Virus record (IMG/VR): IMGVR_UViG_3300029922_000001
Span: 310,001-374,000 of that record
DNA: 64,000 nt
Strand: one strand, 5' to 3'
Each line of letters starts with the position of its first letter. Position 1 is the stretch's first letter. The notes under the pieces were generated by a model. The model was not told the origin of the DNA. It ran no database searches and saw only the letters and a list, made by a program, of their open reading frames with translations. A program made the translations under genes and the position numbers. This document shows positions 56,708 to 64,000 of this stretch, in pieces.

Positions 56708-56907
56708 TTTATAAATTAAAACAGAAGTTGATGACACTTTTAGGCTTTTCATCGGTTATAAAATTAACTAATACACGCTATTTCGCTACTGATAATTTTT
56801 ATTATGCCAAGTTATTATGTTGGCTGTTTAATGGTAAAATCTATCGAAAAACACGTAGCCGACATTCTAGGGCGTTTTGGGAAATTAGAGTAAAAAACAA
56901 AAGGTAA
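56704..56907 (+). CDS. hypothetical protein
   Basis: ATGA overlap. Confidence 0.5.
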   Translation: MIYKLKQKLMTLLGFSSVIKLTNTRYFATDNFYYAKLLCWLFNGKIYRKTRSRHSRAFWEIRVKNKR

Positions 56908-56925
56908 TGAGGTATACTAATAAAC

Positions 56926-58086
56926 ATGGAAGAATTTACAGAAGAAATTAATGAAACATCTAGAAAATTAGCTAGTATTCAAAGGATTTTAGCCTTGGAA
57001 CCAATTCCAGGTGCGGATCGTATTGAAACAGCTACAATTTTGGGATGGAAGGTCGTAGTAGAAAAAGGAAAGTATAGAGTTGGGCAATTAGTTGTATACG
57101 CTGAAATCGACAGTTTATTCCCTGCTAGACCTGAATATGAATTTCTTTCTAAGACTGGTTATCGTATCAAAACCATTCGATTAAAACAGCAGGTAAGCCA
57201 AGGCATTGTATTTCCATTGTCAGTTTTAAAGTGGAATGATAACATCAAAATTATTGGTGACGAAGTGTTGGATGATAATTATGATTACATTAATGATATG
57301 TGGAATGAAGAATCGCCTTTGCTATTACTTCAAGATATGAATAATGATTCAAATCCTGCTATTTTTCTTGCTGAAGGAACTGATGTTACTGAATGGATTG
57401 GTGTAACCAAATATGAACCAGTTGTACCTGCACAATTACGGGGAGTAGCTAGAGGTGGTTTTCCAAGTTGGTTGCATAAGACGGATGAATGTCGGATTCA
57501 GGCTATTCCTGATTTATTAGAAAGACACATTGGTACAACGATTAGAGGACACGAAAAGCTCGACGGCAGTAGTTGTACTATGTATATTCGCAATGGTGAT
57601 TTTGGAGTATGTTCTAGAAATTTGAATTTAAAGCACACTGAAGGTAATAGTTTCTGGGAAATAGCTATGAAGTTCCAAGTTGAAGCCATGATGAAACATT
57701 GTTTCCCAGATTATAATTTTGCAATCCAAGGCGAACTAATCGGTCCTGGCATTCAAGGTAACAAATATAATCTTAGAGAAACAACGATTAGATTGTTTAA
57801 TGTGTTTGATATTGATAAAGATGAATACTTGCATGATCTTGAATCAAAGTATGTTGCTCAACAATTAGGTTTAGAGTGGTGTCCTTGGGTGATGGATTAT
57901 GTTATTACTGAAAACACCACAGTTGAAGAACTATTGTTGTTAGCGCAAGGTCCATCGGCTTTAAATCCTAACCAGGAAAGAGAGGGGTTGGTTTGGCGAC
58001 CATTAGTTGAGTCTAAAGATGATAAAATCGGAAGATTTTCCTTTAAGACTATTTCTAATAAGTTCTTGCTAAAAAACGGAGAGTAA
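56926..58086 (+). CDS. ATP-dependent RNA ligase, DRB0094 family
   Basis: N-terminal OB LASIQRI..LEPIPGADRIE; KTDECRIQ, HEKLDGSS, VCSRN, QGELIGPGIQGN.Y, REGLV, SFKTISNKFLLK. Confidence 0.92.
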   Translation: MEEFTEEINETSRKLASIQRILALEPIPGADRIETATILGWKVVVEKGKYRVGQLVVYAEIDSLFPARPEYEFLSKTGYRIKTIRLKQQVSQGIVFPLSVLKWNDNIKIIGDEVLDDNYDYINDMWNEESPLLLLQDMNNDSNPAIFLAEGTDVTEWIGVTKYEPVVPAQLRGVARGGFPSWLHKTDECRIQAIPDLLERHIGTTIRGHEKLDGSSCTMYIRNGDFGVCSRNLNLKHTEGNSFWEIAMKFQVEAMMKHCFPDYNFAIQGELIGPGIQGNKYNLRETTIRLFNVFDIDKDEYLHDLESKYVAQQLGLEWCPWVMDYVITENTTVEELLLLAQGPSALNPNQEREGLVWRPLVESKDDKIGRFSFKTISNKFLLKNGE

Positions 58087-58124
58087 TATTTCCCCATTGG
58101 GGAAATTCGAGGTATACTCAGATC

Positions 58125-58499
58125 ATGAGATTTAATGCTAATGCTTGTATTGCTCCTGATGGCAAAATATATCGTACATGTTGTATGGGGCATTGGGGTA
58201 TTTTATCAGAACTTACTGGTTATCATTTAGCAGTTGAAGATTGGTATACAGAAAAAAATGAAGTAATGCCTGATCCATTTAAATGGAAAGATGATATGAT
58301 TTCGCTTCGAAATTGGTTGATTGTATCTGGTCCAGAACATTACACTAAATGTCTTTATAGAGTTTCACATAGTGTTAGACCTACTAAGGCTTCTTTAGAT
58401 TCTTTATTTACTATAATTATTGAGTCTAAAGAATTTGGTGATGAATTAACTCATAATCAATTATATGAAATTTATAAATCTTTAAACAAAGAACTATAA
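58125..58499 (+). CDS. hypothetical protein
   Basis: class II promoter. Confidence 0.7.
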   Translation: MRFNANACIAPDGKIYRTCCMGHWGILSELTGYHLAVEDWYTEKNEVMPDPFKWKDDMISLRNWLIVSGPEHYTKCLYRVSHSVRPTKASLDSLFTIIIESKEFGDELTHNQLYEIYKSLNKEL

Positions 58500-58519
58500 C
58501 AATGTGGTATACTATTATT

Positions 58520-58729
58520 ATGGACAATCAATCTACAACATCTACAAAACCTGAATATTTTAAATCGTTAAAATTCCTTCAACTAATCATTACAATTCTT
58601 GGATGGCTTTGGATTGGGGGTTTATTGGGTCTATTTGTGTTTCATTCTGGATGGGTAATTATCGGTTTGGCAATCGCTTGGCTTGTATTGAGAAATTATG
58701 AGGAACATCAATTTAAGGTCAAGAGATAA
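58520..58729 (+). CDS. hypothetical membrane protein
   Basis: leaderless; two TM segments. Confidence 0.65.
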   Translation: MDNQSTTSTKPEYFKSLKFLQLIITILGWLWIGGLLGLFVFHSGWVIIGLAIAWLVLRNYEEHQFKVKR

Positions 58730-58942
58730 ATGAAAAACGAAGTTGTGCGCAAAGAAGGATATGATGCTTATATGTTGTGTTTAGAGAGATATAAGGATGC
58801 CCCCAATATTAAAAACATTAATATGTGGGCGTTAGATAATCCATATTCTAATGAATCTAATGAATCTAATGAATACGATGAATGGATGATGGGTGCATTA
58901 GATGCGGCTGTAGAACATCCAAAACCCCCAACAGATAATTAA
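58730..58942 (+). CDS. Rmf-like miniprotein
   Basis: KEGYDAY...NPYS.....EYDEWMMGALDA. Confidence 0.55.
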   Translation: MKNEVVRKEGYDAYMLCLERYKDAPNIKNINMWALDNPYSNESNESNEYDEWMMGALDAAVEHPKPPTDN

Positions 58943-58958
58943 GAGGTATACTCAAATC

Positions 58959-59405
58959 ATGAATAGAGACGATATTAAAGCTGGTGTATTTTTGAGCATG
59001 TCAGGTACTTGGCAAGAACAGCATAATGTTAAGACATTGTTGGATTGGACAGATTTTGGTTATGCAACAGTTGTTAAAGTTTCTGGTATTATGGTTTATC
59101 TTAAAACCGTTAATAATAAAGATGTACTAATGCATGTCGAAGAAGTTGAAAAATATTGGGAACTTCATCCTGTTACTGATTTTAGAGGTACAGTGCTTAA
59201 TATTGGCGATAAGTGTGCTGTAGCTGATTCCGGTAAAGATATTTTTGTTGGCACCATTCAGAAGTTTGGTAAGTGGATTCATAAGGGTTGTGGTTGGTGT
59301 GAGGTTCAAGTCACCTTTGGCGACATCGAATGTACAACTTATGAGTGGAAAAAGAACGCAAACACTAGAACTCATTCAGATCATAAGGGTAGAATTAAGC
59401 TATGA
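58959..59405 (+). CDS. hypothetical protein
   Basis: class II promoter. Confidence 0.7.
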   Translation: MNRDDIKAGVFLSMSGTWQEQHNVKTLLDWTDFGYATVVKVSGIMVYLKTVNNKDVLMHVEEVEKYWELHPVTDFRGTVLNIGDKCAVADSGKDIFVGTIQKFGKWIHKGCGWCEVQVTFGDIECTTYEWKKNANTRTHSDHKGRIKL

Positions 59406-59575
59406 CAGATATTTTCTTGGAAGGTTATCACGCATTTGAAGATGGTAAACCGGTTACTGCTAATCCTTATGAAGTTGAATCTGATGAACATGATAAGTGG
59501 CGTGAAGCTTGGTATGATGCTAATAGAGATTTAGATAATTGGCAAAAAATGCAAGAAATATGGTATGGTGATTAA
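59402..59575 (+). CDS. Rmf-like miniprotein (57 aa, not in the ORF track)
   Basis: LEGYHAFEDGK....NPYEVESDEHDKWREAWYDA. Confidence 0.6.
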   Translation: MTDIFLEGYHAFEDGKPVTANPYEVESDEHDKWREAWYDANRDLDNWQKMQEIWYGD

Positions 59576-59586
59576 TATTTCCTTTA

Positions 59587-60366
59587 TTGGGAAATTCGAG
59601 GTTAATAAAAATAAAGATAATTTCCCAATATAAGGACTACTATGACTCAGGAATGCAATACGGATTTGATCCTGATTTGCTTTTTGTGCGCGAAACTAAG
59701 GAAATCGAAGTTCCCAAAACACGTAATGATTATAAATACATCCAAAGTATTCTAAGTCTATGTCATGATTATTACAACACGGTTTACTTCTTGTTCTTCT
59801 GTGGTAAAGTATATCCATTAGTGCGTATTTGGGGCTGTACTGCTCTGTATGGCACTGTTACGGACTATATTGAAGAACAACACGCCATTCTAATTAAAGA
59901 GCCTCACAACCGATTAGCACTAGAGTTCGTGAATGGTTCTGAAAAGACTTGGAGAAATGTTTCTTTCAACTTTAGTGAAAAGGGACTGATTGCTCTCGAA
60001 AAGCATTTACAAACAGTGGTAGTACCTAGTGAAATCTTTATTGAAATGGATGCACCTTATTTTGTTGTGAGTGAGTCAGGTAAGAGTGGCTTAAACATTA
60101 TTAAGAATCCACCCCTCAATAAGTATTCATTCTTTAAGTTGTTAGATCCATTCAATTGTTATCAAGAAATCCGAATGTATATGGGTAATGTCTTAACCAC
60201 AATTAATATGATGCCATATACAACTGGTGGCGACAAGGTAGTAGCGCAACAACATGGATTTGATGATATGTCTTTCCGAACTGCCGCACCAGGACAAAAG
60301 AAGTTGAATAGAAAAATTAATAGATTACGTAAGAAGGGAGAATTAATCCCCAATGACGTAATCTAA
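59587..60366 (+). CDS. conserved phage hypothetical protein
   Basis: KIIS.YKDYYDS...DPF.CYQEI.MY...HGFD..SFR. Confidence 0.7.
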   Translation: MGNSRLIKIKIISQYKDYYDSGMQYGFDPDLLFVRETKEIEVPKTRNDYKYIQSILSLCHDYYNTVYFLFFCGKVYPLVRIWGCTALYGTVTDYIEEQHAILIKEPHNRLALEFVNGSEKTWRNVSFNFSEKGLIALEKHLQTVVVPSEIFIEMDAPYFVVSESGKSGLNIIKNPPLNKYSFFKLLDPFNCYQEIRMYMGNVLTTINMMPYTTGGDKVVAQQHGFDDMSFRTAAPGQKKLNRKINRLRKKGELIPNDVI

Positions 60367-60380
60367 GGTATACTCCGATC

Positions 60381-60743
60381 ATGAATATCAAAAACTCAAT
60401 GAAATTGGTTGAAACAGAACTTGAAAAAGTAATTGATTTGGCACATAAACACCTTCAGGATATGGCTGATGAAATTGTTGCTAAATATGAATATATTAAT
60501 GAATTTTGTATATGCAATGGCTCAATTTGGTTCTGTACCACATTAGATACGGGTAGATCATATTTTGGTCCAACTGACACTATTTTTAGTGATTATGCTG
60601 GTGATTATGAATATTTTAAAGATGAATGGTTTAGACACCATGATGATGACGAACTCATTCCAAAATGGGTTGAAAATTTCATCGAAGATTTTGGAGAAGT
60701 AAACAAGTTTTATGATTTTCTTGACGAACGGAGATTGGCTTAA
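60381..60743 (+). CDS. hypothetical protein
   Basis: class II promoter. Confidence 0.7.
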   Translation: MNIKNSMKLVETELEKVIDLAHKHLQDMADEIVAKYEYINEFCICNGSIWFCTTLDTGRSYFGPTDTIFSDYAGDYEYFKDEWFRHHDDDELIPKWVENFIEDFGEVNKFYDFLDERRLA

Positions 60744-61008
60744 TTTTTAAAACACATTTAAATTTGCGAGTCCGTACCTGAAATGGTGGCAATAACCGAT
60801 TTAACTTTTAAACTGGTAATTTAAAATAGGTTATGAAAACGGATGGGCAAGCTGCTAAATAGGAGAATACCACCTATTGCGCCAAGCGGCAAATCCCCAA
60901 AAGGGATTTCGAGGGAATGTTGTTATTTATTTTATTGTTCATACTCATATAGAAGAATTAACTGCAATAGAAATCCCCCAATAGAGAAAAAGAAGGTATA
61001 CTGAACGC

Positions 61009-61560
61009 ATGAAGATTTATAGTAAGGATTTGGGTTGGGCTGGTGGTCGTGTATTTATTGCAAACGATAGAGAAGACGCAATTCGTATCATGAAAACCCT
61101 TAATCCGCGTTGGTGGAGTGAAGAAGAAAATAAGACTTTTGTTCGACATGAAAGTGTAAGGCGATTTTATGCCTCAGTGCAAACACTTAAAACTGTTGAA
61201 CCGATTCCTAATACTAGTTTATATGTTTGCCACTTCGTAAATGATGATAGGCAAGTTGTTACAAATTCTAGTGAATTTACAGTCGGTCAAAAGGTGGCTT
61301 TCTTTCCTACAGAAGTTACATATAATGGTGTCGTCATTAAACTACGACGACTTCAAAAGTTTTGGTCACATGGTATTATTGAACCATTTGATACAGAATT
61401 AGAAGATAAAACTGATATTTCAGAAATATTTGGGGCGATTCCAGCACGTTGGGATACTATTACAATAGAAACACCATATACCGATGATGATTACCTGAAT
61501 GAATGGACTGAACACGAAGTCAAATCTGGATTGTCATTGTATTTCTCAGGGGATTGGTAA
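61009..61560 (+). CDS. protein with an OB-fold (tRNA-binding/ligase N-terminal-like) insert
   Basis: ASVQT...VEPIPN...VV....F.VGQKVAFFP...IKLRRLQKFWSHGI resembles the N-terminus of 56926. Confidence 0.55.
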   Translation: MKIYSKDLGWAGGRVFIANDREDAIRIMKTLNPRWWSEEENKTFVRHESVRRFYASVQTLKTVEPIPNTSLYVCHFVNDDRQVVTNSSEFTVGQKVAFFPTEVTYNGVVIKLRRLQKFWSHGIIEPFDTELEDKTDISEIFGAIPARWDTITIETPYTDDDYLNEWTEHEVKSGLSLYFSGDW

Positions 61561-61596
61561 AATCCCCAACAGTGGAATAAGAGGTATACTACGATC

Positions 61597-61881
61597 ATGT
61601 CAAAATCATCACCTATGAAAAGAATTAAGCGTCGGGCACTGAGAGCAGTTAAGGAAACTTTTGAGACGCCTTGGAATCTGCCAAAGTATTGTTGGTTCTC
61701 AGCTACACACAAAGCTAAGATGGTCGCATCTAGGGCAAAGTATAGAGAGGTTTTCTATCAATTGCTAGATGGTACAGTTGTGGAGATTACTGAGGTCTTT
61801 ACTGATCCTAATCGTAAGCCAACTTATGATGATGCAGTGTGTATTGGTCAAGGTCATTATCATGATCTTCAGGCGGTTTAA
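61597..61881 (+). CDS. hypothetical protein
   Basis: class II promoter. Confidence 0.7.
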   Translation: MSKSSPMKRIKRRALRAVKETFETPWNLPKYCWFSATHKAKMVASRAKYREVFYQLLDGTVVEITEVFTDPNRKPTYDDAVCIGQGHYHDLQAV

Positions 61882-61882
61882 T

Positions 61883-62473
61883 ATGAATATTTCACAAACA
61901 ATTAAGAGAACCTGTTGGTTTGCTGCTTTAATGCATGGTGGTCCTGTCTATCTAATGGATTGGTCTGATTATCGTGATTGGGTGCATTCACGTAATCCAT
62001 ACGGTAAGACTAAGGAAAAGAGCATTTTTGATTATGAAATGACTACCTTTAGAAAAGCTGATAGAGATTCATATTGGAGCTATTACGGTAGCGGTCCTGA
62101 ATTTAGCGTTGATTTGGCAAAGAAGCTATTAGCTGATATTGACGCTGGCATTGATTGGGATGCTATGAAGGAAATTGAAGATGATGAAGAAAGCGTGTTC
62201 AATGGAACTTTTGCAACAGATCATCCAAGTGTTCCTATTGTTAAGGGTGTTCTAATTCTAAAGAATGGATCTAAGTATCCTTGGGTTGCTAATCTTAATA
62301 TTAATTTGAGCGGACTAGCTAAGGTATTGGCATTCATGAAGAAATGGGAAAACAAGACAGACGAAGAAATTACAGAAGCACTCAAAATGAAACTAGAAGA
62401 CGCTTTAACCTCTAGGGATTACGAATTCCGTCACAAGATGCAATCGAATCCTTTTGCTAAAAATACATATTAA
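61883..62473 (+). CDS. hypothetical protein
   Basis: start MNISQT. Confidence 0.7.
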   Translation: MNISQTIKRTCWFAALMHGGPVYLMDWSDYRDWVHSRNPYGKTKEKSIFDYEMTTFRKADRDSYWSYYGSGPEFSVDLAKKLLADIDAGIDWDAMKEIEDDEESVFNGTFATDHPSVPIVKGVLILKNGSKYPWVANLNINLSGLAKVLAFMKKWENKTDEEITEALKMKLEDALTSRDYEFRHKMQSNPFAKNTY

Positions 62474-62475
62474 AC

Positions 62476-62913
62476 ATGAAACAAGTACCTGATTATATTC
62501 AAATTAAAAGAATCTATATTCGTTCTGCTTCTGCTGGTGTATTCAATAGACTAGCAGAATTGACTGAAGATGGTGGTTCTATGATTGATTGGCTGAATGG
62601 CGCAAGAAATGGTTGTAAGAACTATATTAGTTACATGGCAATAGATACAAGGGTCAATAAAATCGTTGGCTGGGTTTGTGTAACTTCTATTTCTGATTGG
62701 CATCTTTATAATGGGGAAAATAAAATTGGAACTTTCATTGATCGTGATTACCGAAGACGAGGAATTGGTTCTGCATTGGTTAGACAAGTTCAGACTAAAG
62801 AAAAGAGTTTTATTTATTGGAAAGGTGAATACGATGCAAGAAATTTTTATAAGGAAAACGTGCCTAATTCAATATATTACAACAACCTATGGAATCAGGT
62901 AAATCCCCAATAA
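62476..62913 (+). CDS. GNAT-family acetyltransferase
   Basis: IVGWVC...IGTFIDRDYRRRGIGSALV...ARNFY. Confidence 0.85.
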   Translation: MKQVPDYIQIKRIYIRSASAGVFNRLAELTEDGGSMIDWLNGARNGCKNYISYMAIDTRVNKIVGWVCVTSISDWHLYNGENKIGTFIDRDYRRRGIGSALVRQVQTKEKSFIYWKGEYDARNFYKENVPNSIYYNNLWNQVNPQ

Positions 62914-63096
62914 GGGATTTCGAGGTATATTCTATTTATGAATGGAACCTGATGGTAATCACTATTTTAAGAATTGGTACAAGCTAACTGATAAAGGTGC
63001 TGCTATTGTATCACATTGGCTTGATCTAAAATATGATGCTAACCATATTAATTGCGGTCATCTACCTTCAAAATTAGTTCCTTTCGGATGGTTGGC

Positions 63097-63306
63097 ATGA
63101 AGTCTAAACCAATTAAAAAAGAAAAGTACATTCCAGTAATAAAGCAATGCGCTGACTGTGGTGTTGATGTAGAATTTACAGAGTATCAATTGATGTCTAG
63201 TGCAATCATGGATGATGAAACAATGTGCAATAAGTGCAGAGATGAATGGCGTATTAAAACTGGTTGGACTCCAGGCTCAACACGATATCGAAGAAAAGGT
63301 CAATAA
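63097..63306 (+). CDS. zinc-ribbon protein
   Basis: CADCG...CNKC. Confidence 0.6.
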   Translation: MKSKPIKKEKYIPVIKQCADCGVDVEFTEYQLMSSAIMDDETMCNKCRDEWRIKTGWTPGSTRYRRKGQ

Positions 63307-63488
63307 TGAACAAGAAAATCACACTTAGACAATTGACGGAAAAATATCCAGAATATCTGGATGTTCCTATTTTTATTTATAAACGGGAAGGGACACCTTA
63401 TGGTTATATAAAAGTAAATGATTTATCTATTAGATTTAATGATGATATTAACGATAAATATATTAAAGGAATTGTTATTTCCGTATAA
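63306..63488 (+). CDS. hypothetical protein
   Basis: TAATG coupling. Confidence 0.55.
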   Translation: MNKKITLRQLTEKYPEYLDVPIFIYKREGTPYGYIKVNDLSIRFNDDINDKYIKGIVISV

Positions 63489-63524
63489 ATCCCCAATAGG
63501 GGGAATTAAGGTATACTTACGACC

Positions 63525-63854
63525 ATGAATTGGCAAGAAAAATTTCAAAAACTGTCTAGTATAAAAATCATCAATGATAAGTTGTGGTTCTCAATTATGT
63601 GGAGCGATTTCACCAAATGTTGGTATGTATCCAATAACCCTACTATTGATCTATTTGTTGAAATGGATGGTGGCATTGTTACTTTTGCTTGCCACGAAAA
63701 AGCTATTGAAGATGCTGTAAATAAATATTGGGACATTTTCACAACTCATGAAGTCACTGTAGAGTGGCGTAATCCATCAAGTAAGAAAACACACCATATG
63801 GGTGAAATCAACTATATTAATAATGAATTTGTCGTTACAAGAAGAGGTAAATAA
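63525..63854 (+). CDS. hypothetical protein
   Basis: class II promoter. Confidence 0.7.
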   Translation: MNWQEKFQKLSSIKIINDKLWFSIMWSDFTKCWYVSNNPTIDLFVEMDGGIVTFACHEKAIEDAVNKYWDIFTTHEVTVEWRNPSSKKTHHMGEINYINNEFVVTRRGK

Positions 63855-64000
63855 TGCAAGTTGCTCCTGATTATATCGTTATCAAAAGAATGTATGCTGA
63901 AACAATGGCTAATAACATCTATGATAAACTACTTACTCTTACAAATTACTATGGCACTATGGCTGAATGGCTCATACAGGCACGTAAAGGTGGGAAAGAC
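63854..64000 (+). CDS. partial paralog of the 62476 GNAT (runs off the window)
   Basis: MQVAPDYIVIKRMY...M.EWL..AR.G vs MKQVPDYIQIKRIY...MIDWL.GARNG. Confidence 0.65.
   Translation, partial: MQVAPDYIVIKRMYAETMANNIYDKLLTLTNYYGTMAEWLIQARKGGKD

Larger units (their letters stand above)
31579..63515 (+). promoter_or_regulatory. dispersed phage promoter family CCCCAA-N13-GG-TATACT (about 18 copies)
   Basis: CCCCAA at 31579, 35750, 44100, 47396, 49611, 49985, 50293, 54073, 55396, 56252, 58091 (CCCCAT), 58926, 60348, 60976, 61564, 62905 and 63491; 15 nt to the -10 hexamer. Confidence 0.85.

Noticed and set aside
31579-63515. integron attC sites
   Set aside because: no GTTRRRY/RYYYAAC cores and no integrase; the fixed spacing to TATACT and ATG fits a promoter
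1-64000. genome-wide TAG or TGA reassignment
   Set aside because: long genes are intact under code 11; TAG ends 55390 where its duplicate uses TAA; TGG is used for Trp and TGA terminates many genes; only one interrupted ORF was found

Overview
AT-rich (roughly 30% GC by eye), densely coding segment of a very large lytic dsDNA phage (jumbo-phage-like). No integrase, rRNA or CRISPR array is present. Recognisable genes include TyrRS, a nucleoside 2-deoxyribosyltransferase-like protein, two free-standing HNH endonucleases, ADP-ribosylglycohydrolase, metallophosphoesterase, an alpha/beta hydrolase, an AIPR-like protein, CoaE and an HD-CoaD fusion, DUF3841, two large paralogous proteins with R-S-ExE ADP-ribosyltransferase-like C-termini, a zeta-toxin-like kinase, an S26 peptidase, a DUF932-like protein, a PD-(D/E)XK nuclease, a BCS1-like AAA ATPase, a ZIP transporter, an HhH glycosylase-like protein, a Zn-dependent deaminase, a DRB0094-type RNA ligase and GNATs, plus about 70 small hypothetical genes. 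Three promoter classes can be read directly: (I) sigma70-like TTGACA/TATAAT promoters in front of non-coding RNA loci, (II) about 18 copies of CCCCAA-N13-GG-TATACT-N6/7-ATG making leaderless mRNAs, and (III) sigmaH-like AGGA-N17/18-GAAH promoters in front of probable virion proteins that share N-terminal leader motifs. The most unusual signal is an RNA system: an amber (CUA) tRNA, tRNA-Leu, a deviant tRNA-like CAU RNA and four or five structured ncRNA loci (tandem covarying repeats, a pseudoknot array, a 1 kb boxA-containing locus). Many of their units end in the same CGAGA trailer, which is complementary to the conserved UUCUCG loops of the array. All functional calls come from manual motif recognition; no searches were run.
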